IMG/VR virus record: IMGVR_UViG_3300020577_013140
Span: 20,381 to 84,380 of that record
DNA: 64,000 nucleotides
Strand: one strand, 5' to 3'
Origin: a virus
Taxonomy: Duplodnaviria > Heunggongvirae > Uroviricota > Caudoviricetes
The notes under the pieces: model-generated
Told to the model about the DNA's origin: nothing
The model's input: the letters and a program-made list of their open reading frames with translations, nothing else
The model's database searches: none
Position numbers and translations under genes: made by a program
Part shown: piece by piece, positions 18,735-27,979 of the stretch
How positions within the stretch are numbered: position 1 is the first letter of the stretch
Layout: each line of letters starts with the position of its first letter

Positions 18735-18971
18735 TCATGTGCAACAATGCACAACGATGTCGTGCTCCTGTTCCTCCATCCAACGAGGTTTGGCTTTCAT
18801 GTCAGTTCGAGGAGGGTTAATTGGTGGATCCTGGCACTCAAACCAGACTACGATGTCTTGTTCCCCTTGAGCTTCAAACCAACGTGCGAAGTGGCGCGCC
18901 TGCTCAATGGTGAGACCGTCGAAGATTACTCTTGCCATAATGTGTTCTTTTCCCATCGACTGTGGCGCCAA
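18735..18971 (-). CDS. hypothetical protein
   Basis: 78-aa ORF; overlaps the 3' end of the next gene. Confidence 0.3.
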   Translation of the reverse strand: MAPQSMGKEHIMARVIFDGLTIEQARHFARWFEAQGEQDIVVWFECQDPPINPPRTDMKAKPRWMEEQEHDIVVHCCT

Positions 18972-19969
18972 TGGCTGTCTGTGCTTACGTGGTTCGGCCG
19001 TACAAACTTTGCCACGTTACTGCGAAAGGCACCGTAATTGAACGCACTGGAATTGCGCACGACATAGCCTTCCATCAAGTCCGGTGTTCTATTCGGAACA
19101 TACAATGACCGGATCTTCTCTTCATCCCATGCGCCGCGATACAGCACTGGAACTGTTTGAAGCCCAAGTAGTTCTGCCCACTCGGTTGTTTCATCCCAGG
19201 ACAAACAAACGTTCCGTTCGTTCCAAATGGAGAACACCTGGAAATACGCACGCAACTGCTTGTAGTGGATGCTGTGTTTAATCAGTAAGTTCTCTCCGCA
19301 CACACGCCAGCCTTCTGGAATTTCATGTGCGACCTGTGTCCACGCGCGCCATACTTCAGCACGGTCCGCACCACTGGCCTTTTCCAAGGAGCGCGCATGA
19401 ACGTAGTCGTTGTAAAGCGTCGTATTTTCACCATCCAGTTTTTCAGTGACCACCACTTCCATTCCATTGAACGGCTCCAAGGAAGGAAGCACCCGGTCAT
19501 CGCTTGAAGGGCAGGACCAAGGCAAATGATAAGTTCGTGGGTACTTGACGTACTTTACAAACAGAGGCAACACTCCACCTTGTGACAGAATCTTCTGTAC
19601 GCTCTCGTCAAAGAACAACTCGCCTTTTAGCCGTGTGCCATTCGGCAAGACCGGATTGCCCCATTTGTCGTATTCTTGGTCTCGGTACAGATGCGCCGGT
19701 AAAAGAGTCTGTGTTATTCCTGCACGTTCTCGCAAGGTCGCCGGAGACAGTGTCGTCTCCTCGGCCTGGATGTGGTGTATGGCACAGAGGCTTGCTCCGT
19801 TGTCCAGGAAGTAACCGCCGGCCTCAGTCGGCTCCGTCCAGAGCCTCCGCTCCATAATATGATGTGCGTCGAGAGGACCAGAGGCCCGACATACTACGCA
19901 GCGATTGTCGTCGCGGGCAAACACAGCCTCACGAAAAGCGTTACGTTCCAGCAAGGTAGAAGTTGTCAT
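18926..19969 (-). CDS. HNH-nuclease-domain / RNA ligase (Rnl2/Rnl5-like nucleotidyltransferase) fusion protein
   Basis: N-terminal CVVCRASGPLDAHHI..LCAIHH (HNH). C-terminal ligase motifs TEKLDGEN (I), CGENL (III), EGYVVR (IV), KFVR (V). Start moved to the Met at 19969 because tRNA-Leu occupies 19976..20056. Confidence 0.65.
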   Translation of the reverse strand: MTTSTLLERNAFREAVFARDDNRCVVCRASGPLDAHHIMERRLWTEPTEAGGYFLDNGASLCAIHHIQAEETTLSPATLRERAGITQTLLPAHLYRDQEYDKWGNPVLPNGTRLKGELFFDESVQKILSQGGVLPLFVKYVKYPRTYHLPWSCPSSDDRVLPSLEPFNGMEVVVTEKLDGENTTLYNDYVHARSLEKASGADRAEVWRAWTQVAHEIPEGWRVCGENLLIKHSIHYKQLRAYFQVFSIWNERNVCLSWDETTEWAELLGLQTVPVLYRGAWDEEKIRSLYVPNRTPDLMEGYVVRNSSAFNYGAFRSNVAKFVRPNHVSTDSHWRHSRWEKNTLWQE

Positions 19970-19975
19970 AGAAAA

Positions 19976-20056
19976 TGCGCCCAGCAGGACTTGAACCTGC
20001 ACCCCTCACGGGACTAGATTTTGAGTCTAGCGCGTCTGCCATTCCACCATGAGCGC
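19976..20056 (-). tRNA. tRNA-Leu(CAA), class II
   Basis: Anticodon arm CTAGA-CTCAAAA-TCTAG, long variable arm. Confidence 0.65.
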
Positions 20057-20065
20057 GTCTGAAGA

Positions 20066-20362
20066 TTATCGACTTGGGTCTCCTATCTCGATTCGACGTA
20101 GTTCCCCAACACCAGGAGGCAGCATTTGGGTTACTTGCTCCCGTTGCCAGGCACGGTACAGGTCCAATGCTTTCTTGCCCTCCGCGAGGAAAAACTCAAG
20201 GGCGTCACCACCATGGAACATCAACGCCGGAATCGACACAGTCGCACCGTCATTGACTTGAAGGAAGGAAATCCTGTCAGCACCATTCTCGGCCGCTCCT
20301 GGAAGGACCTGGACAAGAAACCCCTGTTTCGTTTTTGGACTGCAAAACGTGTGAACGATCAT
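20066..20362 (-). CDS. hypothetical protein
   Basis: ORF shortened to the internal Met because tRNA-Ser occupies 20369..20461. Confidence 0.3.
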   Translation of the reverse strand: MIVHTFCSPKTKQGFLVQVLPGAAENGADRISFLQVNDGATVSIPALMFHGGDALEFFLAEGKKALDLYRAWQREQVTQMLPPGVGELRRIEIGDPSR

Positions 20363-20368
20363 AAATCG

Positions 20369-20461
20369 AGGATGGGGTGGGATTCGAACCCACAGTGCCT
20401 CCCAAACGGGACGCACGCTTGCTTTCCAAGCAAGTGCAATAAACCGTTCTGCCACCCATCC
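20369..20461 (-). tRNA. tRNA-Ser(GGA), class II
   Basis: Acceptor GGATGGG, anticodon arm CTTGC-TTGGAAA-GCAAG, long variable arm. Confidence 0.65.
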
Positions 20462-20468
20462 ATAAAAG

Positions 20469-20789
20469 TTAAATTTCGAGGTGAATACGAATCTTGCAGG
20501 GATTCTCTTTCTCTGCGCGCTTGATCTTGACGACCAACTCGTTGGTAGCCTCGTCCACCGTTTGTTCCGTGGTGAAAGTGAACCCATTCATGCGTTCTTC
20601 CAAGGCGGACATGACCGTCTGGAATATCGCGGCTTCTTCCTGTTCGTTGCGGCTGGTGCTCATTGGTCTTTGTGGATTCTCTGCTTTGTTGTGTGCGAAA
20701 AAATTTGGGTCACAGATGGGGCAATGTTGATAAACTTCACAGTAGCACATCGGGCTACCGTCTTCTCGACGTTCGATGATTTCAGCCAT
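20469..20789 (-). CDS. hypothetical protein (Cys motif CYCEVYQHCPIC)
   Basis: 106-aa ORF. Confidence 0.4.
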   Translation of the reverse strand: MAEIIERREDGSPMCYCEVYQHCPICDPNFFAHNKAENPQRPMSTSRNEQEEAAIFQTVMSALEERMNGFTFTTEQTVDEATNELVVKIKRAEKENPCKIRIHLEI

Positions 20790-20808
20790 GATTTGATTTA
20801 GTTGAAAA

Positions 20809-20887
20809 TGGCGCCCATGGCAGGACTCGAACCTGCAACCCTCTCCTTAGAACGGAGTGGCTCTTGTTCCGATTGAGCTACATGGGC
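20809..20887 (-). tRNA. tRNA-Arg(TCT), CCA encoded
   Basis: GCCCATG..CATGGGC-G-CCA; anticodon loop GTTCTAA. Confidence 0.6.
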
Positions 20888-20891
20888 AAAA

Positions 20892-21197
20892 TTACCACCA
20901 ACGGTTGACGAGAACTCTGGTGCCTTTTTTGGCTCCGTTGTCAAACAGCCAATCCGCCACAATGTCGTCACCACGCTCGATGACGCCGTAACGATTTCTA
21001 AACAGAACTTCTCGCTCGTTCTTTATGTCGGTTGCCGGCTTGTACTCGTCGTAGACGTAGTACGACACAAAGGTGTCGTTGGCGCCAGGGTTATCCTTAA
21101 AGAAAGCTTCCCTGACTTTATCCGGTGCGTTCTGAATATCAAACACCTGCGCTCGCCAGAAGTTCTCGCCTTTGCGTTTGTCAGTTGAATAAACCAT
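20892..21197 (-). CDS. hypothetical protein
   Basis: 101-aa ORF. Confidence 0.4.
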   Translation of the reverse strand: MVYSTDKRKGENFWRAQVFDIQNAPDKVREAFFKDNPGANDTFVSYYVYDEYKPATDIKNEREVLFRNRYGVIERGDDIVADWLFDNGAKKGTRVLVNRWW

Positions 21198-21405
21198 ATC
21201 TTATCGATAACAATCGACAGTAGTCATAAATGGAATTTGCAGCGCGGCTGTCAGGGGTTCCTCCCGTAGGTTTAGCTTACCCGACGATTCTCGTGCCTTT
21301 ACCGTGCACGCGCTGCAACAATACCACAGGTTACGGATTACCTGCCAAGACCACCCCTGTGAAGGGCAAGTTGTCTGCTTGAGTGCTAATGCACCGGTAT
21401 TAAGA

Positions 21406-21489
21406 TGGCGGACATGGAGGGACTCGAACCCCCAGTTTCAGCTCCAATTACGGATCCAGCGTTCCGAAGACGCGGCCGGCTACATGTCC
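21406..21489 (-). tRNA. Atypical tRNA-like gene (84 nt, CCA encoded; anticodon arm unresolved)
   Basis: Acceptor GGACATG/CATGTCC-G-CCA, T-arm GGGGG-TTCGAGT-CCCTC; the D/anticodon region is about 9 nt too long. Confidence 0.4.
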
Positions 21490-21496
21490 GTGTAAA

Positions 21497-22618
21497 TTAC
21501 TTTTTGGTCTTTTTCTTGACCTTCTTGGAGCGCCGGGCCTTCGGGGCAGCGATCTCCCTGGCCGTCACCACTTGCCCGGTGAGCTCGCAATACTGGTTGC
21601 GATTCTGCCAGCGGCTTTCATACCGCTTGGAATTCCGAACATTGTGTCGCTCGAAGAATCGCCGAACTTTTTCGAGATCGACTTGATCAGTCGGATGCTT
21701 CAGGTTGTGTTTGTCGAGTATCCTGAGCATTTCCTTCAGCTTATGCTCATAATGGAAACGCCGGTCGAGCAACCACAGCGTACCGAGCACACGCTCTTGC
21801 GTACTGAGCTTACCCTTCTTCTGAAGCTTGGCCCAATATTTATGCAAGTCTTCGACGTTGTGTACTTCAAGCCCGAGGTCGTGGTGAAGCCATCCTTCGC
21901 GCCAGATCTTGACGACAGTATCATCCGAGCCAATCCGGAGGTATATAAACTTTCGGGCGATCTGGTACGTGTACCATGCTGCCCGGAATCGGAAGTCAGA
22001 CGTGAAGGCCGCAAAGCATCGACCGAGAAGGTTCGATACCAAATCATCCAGCTCCTTGCCTTTGGCTGAGAGCTCGTCTTTGTAGCGGTTCAGTGCATAA
22101 CGAATGTGTTCGCACTCCTCAAACAACTGATAAACCTCGGCCAACGCCGGGTCGCTCCGACGCAACACACTCTCGAATTCTGGGCGGTGCTTCCGTTGAT
22201 ACGTTGCTGCGGCGTGCTTCTCCTCTATTTCGGCCTTGGCCTCAGGTGAGGGCGCAGCATCTATCTGAGCTGTCCACCAGTCATCGAGATGATCTTCCAA
22301 GTCGTCCGCCTGTGAACTTTCATGATTGCCGCAAATAGCGGTCGCGAATAGTGAAGGGCGGTCCATCACCTCATTATCGACGCCTGAGCCAAGTATCCAA
22401 TAGGCTCCGTTTCCTTTTCCTCCCAGCCAGGCAGGCCACAGCTTGGGAAGTAGCTCCGCGATGTCCGGGAAGCGTTCTTTAAGGGACTCAAACACTTCAG
22501 GCTTGGTCATCCGATAAAGGCTAAAATAGATCTTACTGATGCGTTCCGGGTCAGATAGTCCCATTGGGTTTTTCAGGTTCAACTGCCGGAGGAGTGCAAA
22601 CCGAACAGAGGCACTCAT
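21497..22618 (-). CDS. hypothetical protein with Lys-rich C-terminal tail
   Basis: 373-aa ORF ending ...KARRSKKVKKKTKK. Confidence 0.45.
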   Translation of the reverse strand: MSASVRFALLRQLNLKNPMGLSDPERISKIYFSLYRMTKPEVFESLKERFPDIAELLPKLWPAWLGGKGNGAYWILGSGVDNEVMDRPSLFATAICGNHESSQADDLEDHLDDWWTAQIDAAPSPEAKAEIEEKHAAATYQRKHRPEFESVLRRSDPALAEVYQLFEECEHIRYALNRYKDELSAKGKELDDLVSNLLGRCFAAFTSDFRFRAAWYTYQIARKFIYLRIGSDDTVVKIWREGWLHHDLGLEVHNVEDLHKYWAKLQKKGKLSTQERVLGTLWLLDRRFHYEHKLKEMLRILDKHNLKHPTDQVDLEKVRRFFERHNVRNSKRYESRWQNRNQYCELTGQVVTAREIAAPKARRSKKVKKKTKK

Positions 22619-22726
22619 CCTGGCTGAGAAGGGTTTGTAGGCTGTATCGACGAATCTGGGCTTTGCAACGTAAACACAAAACCCGCTTGATAAGAATATG
22701 ACTGTAGTCGCCGTAAGAGATGTGCT

Positions 22727-23110
22727 TCATAACGCAAGAGCTAGCTGCCTCAGCTGATCAACTGCCGCATCCGGTGATGGCGCAGGGTCGACAAACCGAA
22801 AGGCAGGGGCCGCCTTTTTCCGGTCTTTCTCCTCCTCCTCGCGCTCTTCTTCTTTGGTAGGAGCCGGACCCATTTGCTTCAGTACGCAAGGTTCACAGTA
22901 GCCCAACAGCTGATACTTGAAAGCATACCATGGGTGGCTAAATGCCTTTGCCTTCCCCTTGCAGAGTTGGCAATTTTCACCGTCATAGAAAATAGGAAAG
23001 CCATCGCTGTCCCGTTTCCATTGTTTGCACTCAGGAAACTTCGGAATATGCCGCTTCCAGAACGGCACAGGTTTTTCTTCTTTGTCGGATTTCTTCATGA
23101 GGTTGGCCAC
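22727..23110 (-). CDS. Cys-rich hypothetical protein (CQLCKGK..CEPC)
   Basis: 127-aa ORF. Confidence 0.4.
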   Translation of the reverse strand: MANLMKKSDKEEKPVPFWKRHIPKFPECKQWKRDSDGFPIFYDGENCQLCKGKAKAFSHPWYAFKYQLLGYCEPCVLKQMGPAPTKEEEREEEEKDRKKAAPAFRFVDPAPSPDAAVDQLRQLALAL

Positions 23111-23574
23111 ACATATGGCAAGTTATCAGGCACTACCCAATTAAACTGGCGGTACCACTCCGGGGCTTTCCGCAGCAAGTTGCTGCGATGTGAATCATGG
23201 AAAGCGTCCGTACCGAACCACGGAGGCTTTAAGGCGTCTTCAGTTTTCGTTGCAGGGTTTACGGCAGGTACCAACGCAATAATCCGTGCACGACAGGAAT
23301 CCCTATAGTTACGACGGACCCATTCATCGCAGATTTCAATACCGTATTCCGCCAGGGAAGGCTCGAATCCTTTCCACATCTTGGCGGCCGGGTGATTCAC
23401 CCACCCTTTCGGGTTGAACGGCTCAACGATCCAGCCGGTAACTGTTTCGACCACCTTCGTTCTGGTCAACGCTTGAAGTAGTTGAACACACTCAACGCGC
23501 TGTTTACCAAGTCGTTTATTGTCCAGCGCCCAAGCTGAGCGCCGGAAGTCAGGATACGGAAGAAAGGTCTGCAT
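23095..23574 (-). CDS. conserved hypothetical protein (N-terminal MQTFLPYPDF..LDNKRLGKQRVE motif)
   Basis: 159-aa ORF; the family was not confidently recognised. Confidence 0.45.
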   Translation of the reverse strand: MQTFLPYPDFRRSAWALDNKRLGKQRVECVQLLQALTRTKVVETVTGWIVEPFNPKGWVNHPAAKMWKGFEPSLAEYGIEICDEWVRRNYRDSCRARIIALVPAVNPATKTEDALKPPWFGTDAFHDSHRSNLLRKAPEWYRQFNWVVPDNLPYVWPTS

Positions 23575-23579
23575 GAAAT

Positions 23580-23661
23580 TGGTGCGAGTGACAGGAGTCG
23601 AACCTGCAAGGGTTTCCCCACGTCGTCCTAAGCGACGCGCGTCTGCCGTTCCGCCACACTC
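23580..23661 (-). tRNA. tRNA-Leu(TAG), class II
   Basis: Anticodon arm CGTCG-CTTAGGA-CGACG, long variable arm. Confidence 0.65.
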
Positions 23662-24104
23662 GCAAAAGTCTTCACCGCGTGACAGTTTGGGCAGAGTGAC
23701 TGTAAATTCTCAATGCGGTTATCGAAATGATCACCATTGATATGGTCCAGCTCCAATGGTATAGAAGTTCCCTGCCACTTACGACGGTTACAATGTTGGC
23801 ATTTGTCTGGGAGTAATCCTTCCGCGACAAGCCTTTTACGCAGCTTGGATGGTGTAATCTTTACTACAGTTTCTCGTGTTAGGTAATCGGTGACTGGGCG
23901 GGCAGGTGGGAAGGTCTTTCCACGCCTCCAAGCTGATCCTGTAAAGTGCGAGCTGTCTATCCCGAGTTGCTGCGCTCTTTTTGTCAAGTGCGTTTGCGCT
24001 CCGGTTGCCGGAGTAACATTTAACTTTTTGCAAACTTGTGCCCAAGATGAGGACGCAGCAATGACAGGTGAGAGCAGTTCTTTTGTATAACGATTTCGTG
24101 GCAT
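23628..24104 (-). CDS. HNH homing endonuclease
   Basis: LELDHINGDHFDNRIENLQSLCPNCH; the C-terminal 11 codons overlap the tRNA-Leu gene. Confidence 0.7.
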   Translation of the reverse strand: MPRNRYTKELLSPVIAASSSWAQVCKKLNVTPATGAQTHLTKRAQQLGIDSSHFTGSAWRRGKTFPPARPVTDYLTRETVVKITPSKLRKRLVAEGLLPDKCQHCNRRKWQGTSIPLELDHINGDHFDNRIENLQSLCPNCHAVKTFASVAERQTRVA

Positions 24105-24145
24105 ACGTACTAATCTTATCGACAGTACGTATGCCAGTCAAGGAA

Positions 24146-25483
24146 CTATTCGTAGTTCCGAATCGCCCTTACAAAGGGGATCTGAGGAACTCCATATTCC
24201 GACAGCTGTTGGTATTCCACAGTAGCCATCTCGCCGATGAACTCCTCACGGCGTTCATACAGTTCACGTAGCCATTCACGATCACCCTCAATATTGGAGG
24301 CAAACGCTGTCTCACCTGTGGGAGTAGGATCGTGAAGCTTGAGCACAATGCGTTTGGCGCACCCGACCCAATCTCCATTACCCTCCTCGATGGCAACGAC
24401 TTCAAACTCGTCGTCATCCTCGTGCTTAAGCTTTAGCATCTGTTTGGATCGTCCATGCTTGAACTCGCATTTACCCCAGCGGATCATCAGACCTTCACCC
24501 TTGGCTGCCTTGTTGGCTTCCATGAGCTTGGTGATCTCGGCCTTGGATTTGGCCACGACGTACGGGTGCATCACCAGATGGCGGCCGACCTTGTATTTCT
24601 TCTGGATATCCTCAATCAAGGTCTTGACCGCAGCATACCGCTCAATCCACGGAGTTTCCGTAGTAATACCATTGAAGCCGTAACCATCGAACACGTAGAA
24701 CTTGACCAGCTCTTCGGATTCGGCACGCATCTCAGGCGTGATGTCCTTGGGTTGATAGACCACGCTGACGATCTCAACCAACCGGTTCAGTCGTTCCCGC
24801 AACTCGTGATTGTGCGCTTCGCCGTCAATGAACGCTTCCGGATGCTCCGCGAAGATAGGCGAAAGGGCCGCACGGATATGGGGAATCGTATGAAATAGTT
24901 TTCCGCCTGTCGACAGTGCGCCCACCGCGGTGTTCTGACAGCGGATGCCGTTGAGCTTGTCTTGGACATAGACCGGATATTCGACTTCATCTTCTCGGTC
25001 GACGAACTTGTCACCCTTCATGGGTTTCTTGAACGCGACTTTGTCGACCGCCTTGATATCAGCCGTGTAGCCAAGGGTTTGCTTCTTGTCCCATTTGGCT
25101 TTCGCTTCCTTGATGGCTTGCTCGGCCGCCGTGGTAGCGTTCGCCTTGCCGGTGTTCTTGGCTTCACAGGTATGCGCCGCGGAGGTCGTCAACTTGCCAC
25201 CGACAACACCCTCTTCAACGAAGTAGCTGTTGCCTTTGGTATAGATGCGCCACTGCTGGAGCTTACCGTTAGAATTTCGTTTGTAGAGAGTTGCTAGTGT
25301 TTCGGACATGTTGTTGAATTGAATTGCGGCGCCACACGCTCCACCGTTTGCAACCGGTGCCCAATGCTTAATCGGGTTGCTACCCTGAGTTGTGGTCTTC
25401 GGGGCCGTCGCCCCTGTTTCGGATACCATGTACGCCGTATCTCGGTAGTTCTGAGCACGGAACGTTTTGATCACGGGCCGCAA
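24146..25483 (-). CDS. ATP-dependent DNA ligase with N-terminal extension
   Basis: Motifs KLNGIR (I), FIDGEAH (III), EGLMIR (IV), LKLK (V); start uncertain. Confidence 0.7.
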   Translation of the reverse strand: MRPVIKTFRAQNYRDTAYMVSETGATAPKTTTQGSNPIKHWAPVANGGACGAAIQFNNMSETLATLYKRNSNGKLQQWRIYTKGNSYFVEEGVVGGKLTTSAAHTCEAKNTGKANATTAAEQAIKEAKAKWDKKQTLGYTADIKAVDKVAFKKPMKGDKFVDREDEVEYPVYVQDKLNGIRCQNTAVGALSTGGKLFHTIPHIRAALSPIFAEHPEAFIDGEAHNHELRERLNRLVEIVSVVYQPKDITPEMRAESEELVKFYVFDGYGFNGITTETPWIERYAAVKTLIEDIQKKYKVGRHLVMHPYVVAKSKAEITKLMEANKAAKGEGLMIRWGKCEFKHGRSKQMLKLKHEDDDEFEVVAIEEGNGDWVGCAKRIVLKLHDPTPTGETAFASNIEGDREWLRELYERREEFIGEMATVEYQQLSEYGVPQIPFVRAIRNYE

Positions 25484-25962
25484 AAAAATGGTGGGGAGGG
25501 CAGGTAATTCTCCTGCATTGCACTGCGCTTTGTCGACCGCAACTTCGCTTTATCAGAGCGCTGCGTTCGATTATGCCTAGCAGACTCAAGCTTAAAATGC
25601 TCGTGCTTCCAGTTATCGAAGCTCCCTTCCCGTTGAATACAAAGACCGGACGATGCTACCCGCCTATGTGCTGCTTCGCTGATCGCAGCTAGGCCAGATG
25701 GTTCAGCTTTACCTGCACCGTCCGGTCTACACCGATACATGACGTCGGGCTCGCCACTCCCGATAAACGAGGGTTTAATCCATCACCCGTCCAGCCGTTT
25801 TGGATCGGCTGCCTGTGTCACTGCATCCACAGCGCTTTCACGTATCTGAAGTTGTGCTTCGCGCTTCAATCGAGCACGAACCGGCGTACCGTCCTTCTTG
25901 TGATAGGTGGACGAATTACAAGAACGATCGTTGTGCTTGCGATGGTGCGCTTTCATTGAAAT

Positions 25963-26070
25963 TGGTGTGCGAGGCGGGACTTGAACCCGCATAGCCCTCA
26001 CGAACAGGTTGGTGCCTGCTTGAGTCGGTATGGGCATCCCCGGATACCACTCCGGAGCGTATCTCACCTA
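25963..26070 (-). ncRNA. tRNA-like element (clear T-arm + acceptor 3' half + CCA; 5' half unresolved)
   Basis: GCGGG-TTCAAGT-CCCGC-CTCGCAC-A-CCA; no canonical 5' acceptor partner was found. Confidence 0.25.
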
Positions 26071-26124
26071 CAATCCCTTTGGTTATTTGTTCCCTCGGGG
26101 TGACGGCTCACACATGAAGATAAA

Positions 26125-26197
26125 AGCCACAGGTGGGAATTGAACCCACATAACCCAGTTTACAAAACTGGTGCATTACCGGTCTAGCCACTGTGGC
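26125..26197 (-). tRNA. tRNA-Thr(TGT)
   Basis: Acceptor GCCACAG/CTGTGGC, anticodon arm CCAGT-TTTGTAA-ACTGG. Confidence 0.7.
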
Positions 26198-26206
26198 GAA
26201 GAGGAA

Positions 26207-26277
26207 TAGCTGTGAGTGGAATCGAACCACCATCAACGGCTTATGAGTCCGCTGCTCTACCACTGAGCTACACAGCT
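26207..26277 (-). tRNA. tRNA-Met(CAT) (elongator/initiator/Ile2 not distinguished)
   Basis: Anticodon loop CTCATAA, T-arm GGTGG-TTCGATT-CCACT. Confidence 0.6.
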
Positions 26278-26284
26278 ATGATTG

Positions 26285-26833
26285 CTACGCTCGCAGCTTG
26301 CGAGCAAGACGACGAAGCGCCGTGCCGGCCGACTTCGGTATGGTTTCGTTGGCCGGTCCGGCGTAGAGGACGTCGGCCCAGCGCTCCAGGACCCGGTCGG
26401 CGATCCCAGCAGGCAAAGTATCCGTCAGGAACTCCACCACCCGCTGGGCCTCGGTATCGTAGTCGTTGAGGTATTCACCGGTTTCCACAGTAGGCCAAGA
26501 AACCGTCACGGACGCCGAGCGGCGAGGACGGCTGGGCGTACTGACTCGCGGGGCGATCCGGATGCGCCGCGTGGCACCTGGCGAAACCGAGGTCACAGCC
26601 AGAGGCGGCGTCGGGAAGCCAGAGGCAAGAGAGATGATGGAGGATTGCGGGAAGTTGAAAAGACCGTCATACGCATCCACAGCTTCGTACCACGGGAGGT
26701 TGTTGGCGCCGGGGAAGAAAGAACTCGAGGCCGGGCGGGCAGTCAAGTGCTTCGTGATGCGCACCGTGCGTCCACTCGGAAGAACGACAAAAGAACCAAT
26801 TGGAGTGGTATGTGAACGATAAGTTGAGGGCAT
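26285..26833 (-). CDS. hypothetical protein
   Basis: Start moved to the internal Met to avoid tRNA-Thr at 26864..26934. Confidence 0.4.
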   Translation of the reverse strand: MPSTYRSHTTPIGSFVVLPSGRTVRITKHLTARPASSSFFPGANNLPWYEAVDAYDGLFNFPQSSIISLASGFPTPPLAVTSVSPGATRRIRIAPRVSTPSRPRRSASVTVSWPTVETGEYLNDYDTEAQRVVEFLTDTLPAGIADRVLERWADVLYAGPANETIPKSAGTALRRLARKLRA

Positions 26834-26863
26834 GGAATTAGTCTGGTTGAATGAGATGAGTTG

Positions 26864-26934
26864 TAAATAAACGAGCCTCAGTCGGGAGTCGAACCCGGGT
26901 CTTCTCCTTACCAAGAAGATGTTCTACCGTTAAA
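26864..26934 (-). tRNA. tRNA-Thr(GGT)
   Basis: Anticodon arm TCTTC-TTGGTAA-GGAGA. Confidence 0.6.
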
Positions 26935-27145
26935 CTACAGAGGCTTAAAATTTCAGTGGTACGTGAGCCAGGTGCATGCGGCTGCAATAACAGCGCATCC
27001 TAGGAGCGCCAAGGCACAGCGCTTTGCAAACAACAGCTGCGTCGGTATCTTGAGTGTGCCTAGAAAGTGTCCGCTACGTTCGAAGGAGTAGCGATACACT
27101 ATCCGACGTTTCCGCACTCGAGTTGACGAACGTGCGACAGGCATA

Positions 27146-27862
27146 TCAACTCCCTTTGATTCTTCGGCGCCAGTAAGCCAGCCCAAGGAGAGGAAATACT
27201 CCGAGGAGAACCTTGCCTGCTGAAGCCTCAGGGACAACAGCGACATTGCCGATAAGCCCTTGCGCCAGGCGGTAATCCCCTTGAGACGTTGACGGTCCCC
27301 ACCAGATGGCTGCGTCACCGGCTACCGCAAGCTCCTCAGGAGAGTGGATCCAGGAAGTGACCTGCCCGTAAGCACCGTCAGTCATTCCATGCGTTGACGC
27401 ACGGAAACGCCCAGAAGACAACGAAGGAGTTTCGTCATACAACGACTCCCACACCAACACCTGAAGCGCGACGGCTTCGGCGTTGTTGTGCACCTGGTCA
27501 TGGAACGTGAAGTACACACGAACAGCGCGTTCGAGGCCACCCGGAGCCCAATCAGGAGTCTGCCAAGAAGGCATTCCCTGGGCCACGAGGATCGGAATCG
27601 GGGTGAATTGCCCCGAACTCAGATGCGCGCCGATGTCCGTGCAGTACGTCAGCCACGAGGCTCCAGCCGTCGGAGTGGCGCGAAGCTGCCCGGCATTGAC
27701 CGACGAAAAGTCGCTGCCATCAATGGACACACGAGCAGTTCCGCCGAATAAAGATGGTACGTTGAGCCAGGAATCAACAGCGAGGTTGTCTCCGAGGGCC
27801 GTGAATGCGGTCATGAGGAACATGACAGCGCCGAACAGTAGTGACCGGATGTTTTTCTTCAT
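27146..27862 (-). CDS. Secreted protein with PEP-CTERM-like C-terminal sorting signal
   Basis: Signal peptide MKKNIRSLLFGAVMFLMTAFTALG. C-terminus VPEASAGKVLLGVFPLLGLAYWRRRIKGS: PEA, a TM helix, then an Arg cluster. Confidence 0.55.
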   Translation of the reverse strand: MKKNIRSLLFGAVMFLMTAFTALGDNLAVDSWLNVPSLFGGTARVSIDGSDFSSVNAGQLRATPTAGASWLTYCTDIGAHLSSGQFTPIPILVAQGMPSWQTPDWAPGGLERAVRVYFTFHDQVHNNAEAVALQVLVWESLYDETPSLSSGRFRASTHGMTDGAYGQVTSWIHSPEELAVAGDAAIWWGPSTSQGDYRLAQGLIGNVAVVPEASAGKVLLGVFPLLGLAYWRRRIKGS

Positions 27863-27900
27863 TGGGTTATGTATCTTAACTTTGATTATGAGGTAAAGCA

Positions 27901-27973
27901 AGCGCTACCAGGGAATCGAACCCTGCGAAGAGAGTTTTGCAGACTCCTCAGTTACCCAGCTCCGTCGTAGCGC
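27901..27973 (-). tRNA. tRNA-Cys(GCA)
   Basis: Anticodon arm GGAGT-CTGCAAA-ACTCT. Confidence 0.6.
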
Positions 27974-27979
27974 AGAAAT

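Noticed and set aside
20066-20587. Full-length 173-aa ORF, and similar long forms at 18926..20002, 26285..26914, 28060..28836, 30054..30494, 34242..34592 and 37294..37902
   Set aside because: Their 5' portions are occupied by well-formed tRNA genes on the same strand; the ORFs were trimmed to internal start codons or regarded as spurious.
21497-22618. Third metallophosphoesterase (GNHES motif)
   Set aside because: Only a single GNHE-like tetrapeptide is present, without the upstream DxH and GDxxD motifs in the right order; kept as a hypothetical protein.
23095-23574. Assignment of the MQTFLPYPDF protein to T4 endonuclease V / pyrimidine-dimer glycosylase or to Tpt1/KptA
   Set aside because: The remembered consensus sequences of those families do not match this N-terminal motif; the family could not be identified reliably from memory.
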